Below, one piece after another: positions 26,589 to 34,784 of a stretch of 64,000 bases of DNA. The notes beneath the pieces were generated by a model. The model saw only the letters and a program-made list of their open reading frames with translations, did not search any database and had not been told where the DNA came from. The stretch comes from Bacteroidota bacterium (GTDB lineage Bacteria > Bacteroidota > Ignavibacteria > UBA10030 > UBA8401), in assembly GCA_035506275.1 (NCBI GenBank), contig DATJPT010000006.1, forward strand, positions 13,019 through 77,018, given 5' to 3'. The position numbers and the translations under genes were made by a program. Numbering within the stretch: the first letter of the stretch is position 1; every line of letters begins with the position of its first letter.

Positions 26589-26930
26589 GTGCGTACCACA
26601 ATCGATCGACTGCTTTCCATTTTTCCCTTCGTTCTTATCATCCTCGCCGGATGCGGCACACCTGCATCAAAAAAATTTTCTCCCGAGACGGCGCGCACCT
26701 ATGCGGAGCTGCTCGCATTGCACGAAAAGGAAAAAATCGTCGGTTCAACACCCGATTCGCTCTACCGGCGTGACGTTGCGGATTTCTTTTCAGCGAGAAA
26801 AATACACGAAGAAGATTTTCAGAAGGAGATCGCCGACATTTCACACGACGATCTGGCGTGGAAAGAATTTCTTACAAAGTCCCTCATCCTTCTCGACAGC
26901 ATCAAAGCCGCGCGGGTGCAGCAGCATTGA
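26589..26930 (+). CDS. Small lipoprotein, unknown function
   Basis: 113 aa with a GTG start. The signal peptide carries the lipobox LAGC in MRTTIDRLLSIFPFVLIILAGCGTP. Confidence 0.6.
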   Translation: MRTTIDRLLSIFPFVLIILAGCGTPASKKFSPETARTYAELLALHEKEKIVGSTPDSLYRRDVADFFSARKIHEEDFQKEIADISHDDLAWKEFLTKSLILLDSIKAARVQQH

Positions 26931-26946
26931 CCGTCGGCATTGCCGC

Positions 26947-28755
26947 TTAGTTCCCTTTCTTCAGGGTGAACATGAACGAGCTCCCCACCCCGACCTCGCT
27001 TTCAACCCAGATTTTTCCTCCGTGAGCCTTGATAATTTCCCTGCTGATCCACAGCCCTAAGCCGGAACCTTTGATGTTGCTCACCTCGGCGGAATCGACG
27101 CGGGAGAACTTCTGGAAGAGGCGCTCCATTTGATTTTCGGGAATGCCGATGCCGGTGTCTCTGACGGTCAGCAAGATTTCTTCGCTGCCGTGGTTCACCA
27201 CCGAAATTTCAATCATGCCGCCTCGGGGAGAATATTTCACCGCGTTCGACACCAGATTCAACAGCACCTGCCGTAGTTTGCTTTGATCCCCTTTCACGAA
27301 CGATGCATCGAGTTCAATATTGTACTGAAGCTGATGCCTGTTTGAAAACTTCACCATTGAAACGGCCTCTTTGACGAGCGCCTCAATATTCACCAGCTTG
27401 AAATAGTAACTGAGCTGCCCGGATTCCATCTTTGTAATGGTGAGCGTGTCTTCGGCGAGCTGGCTCAGCTTCGTCGCCTGGTCGATGATGATGCCGAGGT
27501 ACTCCTTGAAGTGCTGGTTGGCCGCAACGAAATCTTTTTTGATGAGGGATTTCGCCGCAAGCATGATGCTCGAGAGAGGCGTCCGAAAATCGTGCGAGAC
27601 GATGCCGACGAAATCCGATTTTAGTTTGTCGAGCTCCAGCAATTTCCTGTTCGACTCCTTGATCTCATTATAGAGCGTTGCGTTGTGAATCGCGCTTCCC
27701 AGCTGGTCGCACAATGTCCCCAGGACCATCACGTCCGTTTCATCGAACGCGTGAAGCTTGGTATCTTCGATGTTCAGGACGCCGACCACTTCCGTCCCGA
27801 CTTTGATCGGGATCGCGAGCTCCGAATTCGTATTATGGTAGGCGAAGGAAAGGTACCGGTTGTCGGTGGAGACGTCGTTGGCCAGGATCTTTTCGCCGTA
27901 CATTCCAACCCAGCCGACAATGCCGTACCCGGATTTTTGGCGGTAGCCATGGGGGAGAAAATCGACATAATTCCCCGAATGGGCGACGAGGACCTGATCC
28001 TTCGTTTCCTGATCTGTCAGAAAGATCGTGACGTCGAAGTAGGAAAAGTTCTTTTGTATTGCATCGGCGGCGAATTCCAGCATCCGGTCGAGGTCGAGCG
28101 TCGACGTCAGGCGCCCTGCAATGCGGTTGACGAGCTCAATTTGAGCGAGCCGCTTCTGGGCGTTGTCAAACATCGCCGTATGACGCAACGCCATTGCAAC
28201 GTGGAAGCTGAGCAATTGGGCGAGCCACATATCGGGCTGGTTATACGCACCTGCTTTAGCACACCCGAATCCGATCGAACCGATCACTTCTGTGCTTGTG
28301 CGCAGGGGGACAATAAGCAGTGATTTGATCCCAACCTCGACGAACTTTCCTTCAAGCGCGGGGGTGAAGGCGGGGGCCGATTCAATGTCAACAAATATTC
28401 CTGCCTTGTTCTGGATCGTCCAGCCCGGCATCCCCGCATCCACAGCAAACAATTCGTGATTGATATCGAGCGCATCGGCAACGCGGCTCAATGTGTTGAC
28501 GCTGTAATGCGATTTTGCCCGATTGAGGAGACACATAAATATGCATTCGCCTTCGATGAGCCATGAAAGCTCAGCGCGAAGGACCTCGATAATTCCCTCC
28601 CGGGAAGTCGTCTCATCGATCTTTAACGAAATTTCATTGAGGGTGCTGATCTTCTTCGAGAAACTTTGGGCTTCAAGAAGCCTGATTCGCAACTCTTCTT
28701 TTGGCAATTCTAAATTATTTGAAGACTGCCAATCGGAGGCCATTTCTTTAACCAT
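26947..28755 (-). CDS. Cytoplasmic GAF-GAF sensor histidine kinase (orphan)
   Basis: 602 aa with two GAF-like regions, the HisKA H-box GIVSHDFRTPLSSI, and HATPase_c (N-box LVSNAVKYSP, G-boxes DTGIGI and GSGLGL). No response regulator is adjacent. Confidence 0.9.
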   Translation of the reverse strand: MVKEMASDWQSSNNLELPKEELRIRLLEAQSFSKKISTLNEISLKIDETTSREGIIEVLRAELSWLIEGECIFMCLLNRAKSHYSVNTLSRVADALDINHELFAVDAGMPGWTIQNKAGIFVDIESAPAFTPALEGKFVEVGIKSLLIVPLRTSTEVIGSIGFGCAKAGAYNQPDMWLAQLLSFHVAMALRHTAMFDNAQKRLAQIELVNRIAGRLTSTLDLDRMLEFAADAIQKNFSYFDVTIFLTDQETKDQVLVAHSGNYVDFLPHGYRQKSGYGIVGWVGMYGEKILANDVSTDNRYLSFAYHNTNSELAIPIKVGTEVVGVLNIEDTKLHAFDETDVMVLGTLCDQLGSAIHNATLYNEIKESNRKLLELDKLKSDFVGIVSHDFRTPLSSIMLAAKSLIKKDFVAANQHFKEYLGIIIDQATKLSQLAEDTLTITKMESGQLSYYFKLVNIEALVKEAVSMVKFSNRHQLQYNIELDASFVKGDQSKLRQVLLNLVSNAVKYSPRGGMIEISVVNHGSEEILLTVRDTGIGIPENQMERLFQKFSRVDSAEVSNIKGSGLGLWISREIIKAHGGKIWVESEVGVGSSFMFTLKKGN

Positions 28756-28829
28756 TTATCCTTTCACATTCTTCGTCTTCGCCCCCAGTTATCGCGCTTA
28801 CTTCAATCTTCCCTTCTGTTCCGTGTTAT

Positions 28830-29831
28830 TTATTTTTTAACCACTTGACCCATCAACACCGGCTTTTCTTTTTGCGCCGTCAGCGCGTGAAGCGCTTCTT
28901 CCGCATTCCGCCGTGCTACGATGAATATCAATCCTATGCCGAGATTGAACGTTCGCCGCATATCGCCTTCGGGCACGTTTCCGCTTGCTTGAATCATCGA
29001 GAATATCGCAGGACGCTTCCATGCCTCCCAATCGACCGCAAGCTGGAGACCCTTCGGTATCACCCGCATCGTGTTACCGACAATCCCGCCTCCTGTGATA
29101 TGGGACATGCCTTTGACCACCCCTTTCGCCAGCAGCAACCTGATCGGTGAAAGATATGAGCGGTGAACGGCAAGCAGCGCATCGCCGAGAGAGCCGTTCA
29201 GTTCTTTATGAAATTGATATAGCGAATGCTTTGGCGTAAGGACCTTGCGGGCAAGCGAAAAGCCGTTCGTGTGAAGCCCCGTCGATGGAAGTCCGATCAA
29301 TACGTCTCCCGCCTTTATTTTTTTTCCGTCGACTATCCGTTTTTTCTCTGCGACGCCGACGATCGTTCCGGCAATGTCAAAATCCGCTTCCTTATAGATT
29401 CCCGGCATCTCGGCTGTTTCTCCCCCGATGATCGAGCAGGAGTTTTCTTTGCACGCTTTGACAAACCCGGAAATCACTTTTTCAGCGACGATCGGTGAAA
29501 GTCTCCCGGCGGCAAAATAATCCATGAAATAAAGGGGGCGTGCTCCGCACACCGCAATGTCGTTGACGCAATGATTCACCAAATCCTGACCGACCGTGTC
29601 GAACCGCTTCATCTCGATCGCGATCTTCAGTTTCGTCCCAACGCCGTCAACGCTCGATACGAGCACTGGGTCCTTTAGGCCTGGAAAAGATGCTCTGTAG
29701 AAAGCTCCGAATGATCCAATGTCGGCCAAGACATTCTTGTTAAATGTAGACCTAAGGTTACGCTTGATCCTCTCAACAACCTCTTCACCCGCCGCGATAT
29801 TAACGCCAGCTTTTTTATACGTTTGCGCCAA
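28830..29831 (-). CDS. purM: Phosphoribosylformylglycinamidine cyclo-ligase (AIR synthetase)
   Basis: 333 aa with YKKAGVNIAAGEE...VSSVDGVGTKLKIA...GGETAEMPG blocks. Confidence 0.96.
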   Translation of the reverse strand: MAQTYKKAGVNIAAGEEVVERIKRNLRSTFNKNVLADIGSFGAFYRASFPGLKDPVLVSSVDGVGTKLKIAIEMKRFDTVGQDLVNHCVNDIAVCGARPLYFMDYFAAGRLSPIVAEKVISGFVKACKENSCSIIGGETAEMPGIYKEADFDIAGTIVGVAEKKRIVDGKKIKAGDVLIGLPSTGLHTNGFSLARKVLTPKHSLYQFHKELNGSLGDALLAVHRSYLSPIRLLLAKGVVKGMSHITGGGIVGNTMRVIPKGLQLAVDWEAWKRPAIFSMIQASGNVPEGDMRRTFNLGIGLIFIVARRNAEEALHALTAQKEKPVLMGQVVKK

Positions 29832-30012
29832 TGGTACCCTTTAGTATTTCCAGCACACTAATGTAGAAAATTTTTCCGAAAATTAAAACAGATTTTTCAA
29901 GAATTCTCTGTCGTCTTTGCACCGCCTTATGGTGCTTTACTTCAACACTCGCTTGATAAAGTCTCACCTCTTGACTATATTTTTAGGTGCTTACCATTAC
30001 CATCAACCGTTG

Positions 30013-30675
30013 ATGAAATCAGTAGTATTGCTTCCCGCCCAAAAAAGGCTTGCGGTGGGAAAAATTCTTTGCCTCGGCCAGAATTACGCAAAACATGCTA
30101 AGGAGATGGGTTCATCTTCCCCTGCCTCGCCGATTATTTTTCTGAAGCCGTCAACGGCGATCATCGAAAACGGCGAATCTATCGTTTTGCCCAAAATGTC
30201 GAACGATGTCCAGCATGAAGTCGAGCTGACGATTCTGCTCGGTGCCCGGGGGAAAAATATACCACAGTCAAAAGCTTTTGACTGTGTCGCAGGATACGGC
30301 GTCGGTTTGGACATGACGATGCGCGACCGGCAGAAAGAAGCCAAAGCGGAAGGGAATCCATGGTCAGTCGCCAAAGGGTTTGACACATCTGCTGCGCTTT
30401 CTCCGTTCGTCCCGAAGGAAAGCGTGGAAAACCCGGATGATCTGGAGATAAGATTGAGCGTCAACGGGAAAGAGCGGCAGCATTCCAACACGTCGAACAT
30501 GATCTACAAAATAGATTTCGTCATTGCTTTTCTGTCGACGATCTTCACCCTTGAAGAAGGGGATGTTATTTATACCGGGACTCCGGAAGGCGTGGGAAAG
30601 GTCGTGGCCGGAGATCTCATCGAAGCTGAAATCCCGGGAGTTGGAAAGCTTCAGCATGCGGTTATTTCAGGTTAG
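30013..30675 (+). CDS. Fumarylacetoacetate hydrolase (FAH) family protein
   Basis: I chose the start at Met33 of the track ORF (MKSVVLLPAQKRLAVGKILCLGQNYAKHAKEMG). Typical FAH blocks are present: FLKPSTAI, HEVELTILLG and GDVIYTGTPEGVG. Confidence 0.88.
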   Translation: MKSVVLLPAQKRLAVGKILCLGQNYAKHAKEMGSSSPASPIIFLKPSTAIIENGESIVLPKMSNDVQHEVELTILLGARGKNIPQSKAFDCVAGYGVGLDMTMRDRQKEAKAEGNPWSVAKGFDTSAALSPFVPKESVENPDDLEIRLSVNGKERQHSNTSNMIYKIDFVIAFLSTIFTLEEGDVIYTGTPEGVGKVVAGDLIEAEIPGVGKLQHAVISG

Positions 30676-30696
30676 GAATTCGACGGAGCCTGTGAG

Positions 30697-33003
30697 TTGA
30701 TTCATTTGCCCAAAAAATATTCACTTGCTGTCACTGGTACGGCTGTGACGTTGTCGCTGCTGAGTTTCTCATACCGGCCGGCGGCTGACAGCGAAGCATT
30801 GAACGCGTCGTCGGTGGAATCGTTCTATGCGCCGTTCGATTCCATCAGAACGGACATCGAAGATTACGCCTGGCCGATCGATGCGCGGCCTAAAATTACT
30901 TCGTCATTTGCAGAATTTCGTTCCTCGCATTTTCACGCCGGAATCGACATCGGCACGGGCAACAGAATCGGGCTGGAAGTCTACGCTTCGAGGGACGGAT
31001 ACGTTTCGCGTGTTGAAGTTTCTCCCTACGGGTACGGACGGTATCTTGTCGTGCGCCATCCTGACGGATTTTACACGGCCTATGCCCATCTCAGCGCATT
31101 TCAGCATGACCTCGAGCGGGCGGTCCGGGACGAACAATTGAAAAAGGAGAAATTCTCTGTCGAGATGAAATTCCAGCCCGGAGATTATCCGGTCCGGAAA
31201 GGCGAGGTCATCGCATACAGCGGCGAAAGCGGAACGGGGGATGCCCATCTGCACTTCGAGATCCGCGACGAGGACTTCAATCCGGTCAATCCCCTTCTTT
31301 TCCCGAACATCAGGAGGTTCACCGATACGGAGCCGCCGATCATACGCCGGCTCGCCGTCACTCCGATGGACGAGCATTCTTTCGTCGATTATGAATTTTC
31401 TCCGAAAGTGTACCGCGCCCGAGCTCACGGAAGGTCCTCGTTCTCAGTTCCCGAAGTCATCCGGGGAACCGGTTCGCTCGGCTTTTCCATCGATGCCGTG
31501 GACAGGGTCAACAATACGCGGTACCATTCGAGCGTGTACGAGTTTGAATTCCAGGTCGACGGGACGACGATCTTCACGTCGCAGAGGAATCGTTTTCCCG
31601 AGGACGAAACCCGCCAAATAGGAATCGATTTTGACTGGGCTCTTTTAAAAGAAGGAAGAGGACGATTCCAAAAATTATACGTCGATGAAGGGAACACGCT
31701 TCCGTTCTATAACCGCAGGAATAAGTTCGACGGCGTCGTTGCGTTAAAAAACTTCTCCGAGGGGCGGCACGACTTCAAAGTGATCGCTTCAGATTACTCC
31801 GGGAATTCCTCCGAACTTACCGGCACGTTTGTTCTGAATCATCCCCCCGACGTGGAGAACTTCAGAGCGACGGCGACGGCGGTGACAGCGTTGATTCCGA
31901 ACAGAAGAAATGTCTCGACGGTTGAGATAGGCACCAAAACATTTTCATCGAGGCGATGGACCGTCGAGGATTACGATGCTTACGGTCTGGATTGGAAGAA
32001 CGATTCCTTAACGCTCCCCGCCCGCCTTCAAGGGGCGGATATTGTCAGGATGGTTGCGAAAAATATTTGGGGGACGCGATCGTTCCCCGCTTACTTCTTT
32101 CTTACACGACCGTCCGTTTCGGAATCCGCTGAGATTTCCGCTGACGTCGACGGGTCATTCCTGAAGGTCGATCTTCAATCTCAGGGGCCGTTCAGCGAAA
32201 CGCCCTCGCTGCAGGTGCAGCAGGAGAACTCCGTCTCATCAATTCCCCTCCGTGCCGTGGACTGTAATGAATACACCGGGGTCTATAGACTTTCGTCGAC
32301 ACTGCAGGGGATCGTCTACCTGAAAGCGTTCTACGAATCTGCCGGAAAACGGGCCGAAGCGTTTGATTCTTTTGTGCTGAACACGATCTCGTCAGACCGC
32401 GAAGGGACCATACGGTCGGGCGACGGCAATTTTAGCGTAACCTTTGAAAAAGGGGCTGTCTTCGCTCCTCTTCATCCCACGATTGAAAAACTGAGCGAGA
32501 CGCAGTACGACGTCCAGCCCGGCGACGTTATGCTGCACGGTTCGATCAAAGCGACAATGAAATATCCGGAGGAGTACGAATCAGACGAAAAGGCCGGCCT
32601 CTATGTCAGCGACGGCGGAGGCTGGAGGTTCTTGACTGCGGAACGGAACCGTCTCGCGCACACGCTGGAGCTGCACGAGGCGCATACGCTCGGGACCTTC
32701 GCGGTGCTGCGGGACGACCGGCCGCCTGTGATCAGCCGGTGGCGGACATCTTCCTTCAACGCCAAGGGGCGGCCGATCTTTTCGTTCCACGTGCGGGACA
32801 ATCTTTCAGGAATTGACGACGGTGGAATCAATGCATTCCTGAACGGCGACCGGATCATTCCGGAGTATGACCCGGAAAAAAGAATCGTGTACTATATTCC
32901 CTTCGATCCGCTTCCGCGGGGACAGTACACGGTGGACATCGAAGTCAAAGACCGCGCCGGCAACGCTGCTCATCTTGCAAAAACGCTGACCGTATACCGA
33001 TGA
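30697..33003 (+). CDS. M23/LytM-family metallopeptidase with long C-terminal beta-rich extension
   Basis: 768 aa with a TTG start and an N-terminal signal/anchor. The M23 motifs are HxxxD (SSHFHAGIDIG) and HxH (GDAHLHFEI). About 550 aa downstream carry no motif that I recognise. Confidence 0.85.
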   Translation: MIHLPKKYSLAVTGTAVTLSLLSFSYRPAADSEALNASSVESFYAPFDSIRTDIEDYAWPIDARPKITSSFAEFRSSHFHAGIDIGTGNRIGLEVYASRDGYVSRVEVSPYGYGRYLVVRHPDGFYTAYAHLSAFQHDLERAVRDEQLKKEKFSVEMKFQPGDYPVRKGEVIAYSGESGTGDAHLHFEIRDEDFNPVNPLLFPNIRRFTDTEPPIIRRLAVTPMDEHSFVDYEFSPKVYRARAHGRSSFSVPEVIRGTGSLGFSIDAVDRVNNTRYHSSVYEFEFQVDGTTIFTSQRNRFPEDETRQIGIDFDWALLKEGRGRFQKLYVDEGNTLPFYNRRNKFDGVVALKNFSEGRHDFKVIASDYSGNSSELTGTFVLNHPPDVENFRATATAVTALIPNRRNVSTVEIGTKTFSSRRWTVEDYDAYGLDWKNDSLTLPARLQGADIVRMVAKNIWGTRSFPAYFFLTRPSVSESAEISADVDGSFLKVDLQSQGPFSETPSLQVQQENSVSSIPLRAVDCNEYTGVYRLSSTLQGIVYLKAFYESAGKRAEAFDSFVLNTISSDREGTIRSGDGNFSVTFEKGAVFAPLHPTIEKLSETQYDVQPGDVMLHGSIKATMKYPEEYESDEKAGLYVSDGGGWRFLTAERNRLAHTLELHEAHTLGTFAVLRDDRPPVISRWRTSSFNAKGRPIFSFHVRDNLSGIDDGGINAFLNGDRIIPEYDPEKRIVYYIPFDPLPRGQYTVDIEVKDRAGNAAHLAKTLTVYR

Positions 33004-34184
33004 CAAGGGAGCTTTCGCTGGCGGCCGCTCAAGCCGTCAAGCTATTGAGAAAAAATCAGCTTGCCCAGCTGATCGTCGTGATCGTTGCCGCGGTTCTCTC
33101 GACATCGCTCTTTGTTCTGCTGGCGGAGCGCGCTGCGAACGCCCGCCAATTCCAGACCTACGGCGATGCTCTCTGGTGGTCGATCGTTACGATCTCCACG
33201 GTCGGCTACGGCGATAAAGTACCGGTCACGACGGCCGGCAGGATTATCGGGGCCATCACCATCGTAAGCGGTCTGATACTCATTTCACTATTCACCGCGA
33301 CGGTGTCGTCCGTGTTCGTCGCGCGAAAGATTAAGGAGAGCCAAGGATTGCAGGACATTGATTTTTCCGGCCACACGTTGATCTGCGGGTGGAACCCTCA
33401 CGTCGAGGAAATCCTCCGCATTCTCAACCGCTACAGCAAAACTGCTGCGGCAATGAAAATCGTTCTGGCGAACGAAGCGCAGCCCGAGCTGATGGAGGTC
33501 GTCGGTGAAGCATACCCGAACCTCGACATCAAATTCGTGCGCGGAGATTATTCGCGCGAGCCTGTCCTGCACAGGGCAAATATCAAAGGAGCCGAGTCGG
33601 CGATCATCGTGCCGGACGTGACGTCGCAGTCGGGACAGATGTCCGACGAGAAAACGCTCCTTTCGCTCCTGACGATGAAATCGATCAATCCAAAGTTGAA
33701 AGTATTCGCCCATATCGCCAACCGCGAGAATTACCAGCACATCAAGCGGGCGAACGCCGACGATGTGATCGTCAGCGACCAGCATGTCGGATTCTTCCTG
33801 GCGAATCAGATCCTCTCTCCCGGCGCGTCCCAGGTCGCCGCGGAGCTCCTCGATTATGAGCACGGCAACGATATTCATCGGGTGAGAATCCCGGAGGCCT
33901 TTGTCGAGAAAACATTTGAGGAGCTGCTCCTCCACTTCAAACGGACAAAAAATTGGACGCTCATCGGCATTGTCACCGAGGAAGAAACCGTCAGCCTCCG
34001 CGACATCCTTTCGCACGACATGTCCGCCGTGGATACGTTCATCGAACGGAAATTCAAGGAGGCGGGAATCAGCGTTGCCGAACGGATGGGAATGAAAGTC
34101 GAAGTGAACCCTCCGCTCGATTATCAGATCCAGCGGAAGGACCTGGCCGTCATCATCGGCACCCTCGACATCGACAAGACGTAG
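33000..34184 (+). CDS. 2-TM potassium channel with RCK/TrkA-N domain (MthK-like)
   Basis: 394 aa with the selectivity filter TVGYGD between two TM helices, followed by a Rossmann-like RCK domain (HTLICGWNPHVEEILRIL...). An ATGA overlap links it to the M23 peptidase gene. Confidence 0.9.
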   Translation: MTRELSLAAAQAVKLLRKNQLAQLIVVIVAAVLSTSLFVLLAERAANARQFQTYGDALWWSIVTISTVGYGDKVPVTTAGRIIGAITIVSGLILISLFTATVSSVFVARKIKESQGLQDIDFSGHTLICGWNPHVEEILRILNRYSKTAAAMKIVLANEAQPELMEVVGEAYPNLDIKFVRGDYSREPVLHRANIKGAESAIIVPDVTSQSGQMSDEKTLLSLLTMKSINPKLKVFAHIANRENYQHIKRANADDVIVSDQHVGFFLANQILSPGASQVAAELLDYEHGNDIHRVRIPEAFVEKTFEELLLHFKRTKNWTLIGIVTEEETVSLRDILSHDMSAVDTFIERKFKEAGISVAERMGMKVEVNPPLDYQIQRKDLAVIIGTLDIDKT

Positions 34185-34197
34185 AAACGACGACCGA

Positions 34198-34710
34198 ATG
34201 AAAAAGATCGACATTGGCTACCTGAAGAAAATTCCGATTTTTGTCGGCCTTTCCGACGACAAGCTGGAGCGGGTGAAGCAGGTCATTAAAGAGAAAACCG
34301 TCGAGGCCGGGACCATCATCATCAAGGAAGGAACGCAAGGGACCGAAATGTTCATCCTTCTGGAGGGCGAAGTGGAGGTTTCCAAATCGCTCCTGTTGAA
34401 GGTGGCCGGCCGCGGCATGGACCAGCGGGACAAATCGCTCATCAAACTGACCGGCGACGATCATGCCTTTTTCGGCGAGATGACGCTTTTCGACACGACA
34501 GCCGAGCGCTCGGCGAGCGTCATCGCAAGGACAAAATGCACCATTGCTGAAATTGCCCAGGCCGATTTTTTCAGGCTCACGGAATCCGACCATGAAATCG
34601 GATATTACGTCCTCAAGAACATCGTGACAATCATCAGCAACAGGCTCGATAAAACGACGAAAGATGTCCTCAAACTGACGACGGCTTTGAGCCTGGCCCT
34701 GGAACGATAA
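34198..34710 (+). CDS. Stand-alone cyclic-nucleotide-binding domain protein
   Basis: 170 aa with a cNMP-binding cassette: IIIKEGTQGTEMFILLEGEV ... FFGEMTLFDTTAERSASVIA. No effector domain is present. Confidence 0.85.
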   Translation: MKKIDIGYLKKIPIFVGLSDDKLERVKQVIKEKTVEAGTIIIKEGTQGTEMFILLEGEVEVSKSLLLKVAGRGMDQRDKSLIKLTGDDHAFFGEMTLFDTTAERSASVIARTKCTIAEIAQADFFRLTESDHEIGYYVLKNIVTIISNRLDKTTKDVLKLTTALSLALER

Positions 34711-34784
34711 CTTCCTTATCCGCGCGTACCGCCCTTGGTTCCCGCGTCTGTCATTCAATAATTTTTCTCACGACCAGAGCGACA

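Noticed and set aside
26557-27060. 167-aa plus-strand ORF overlapping the small lipoprotein gene and the kinase 3' end
   Set aside because: It uses the alternative frame. The 113-aa frame has a clean lipoprotein signal peptide (LAGC), while this one is Ser/Arg/Pro-rich and runs antisense into the kinase gene.
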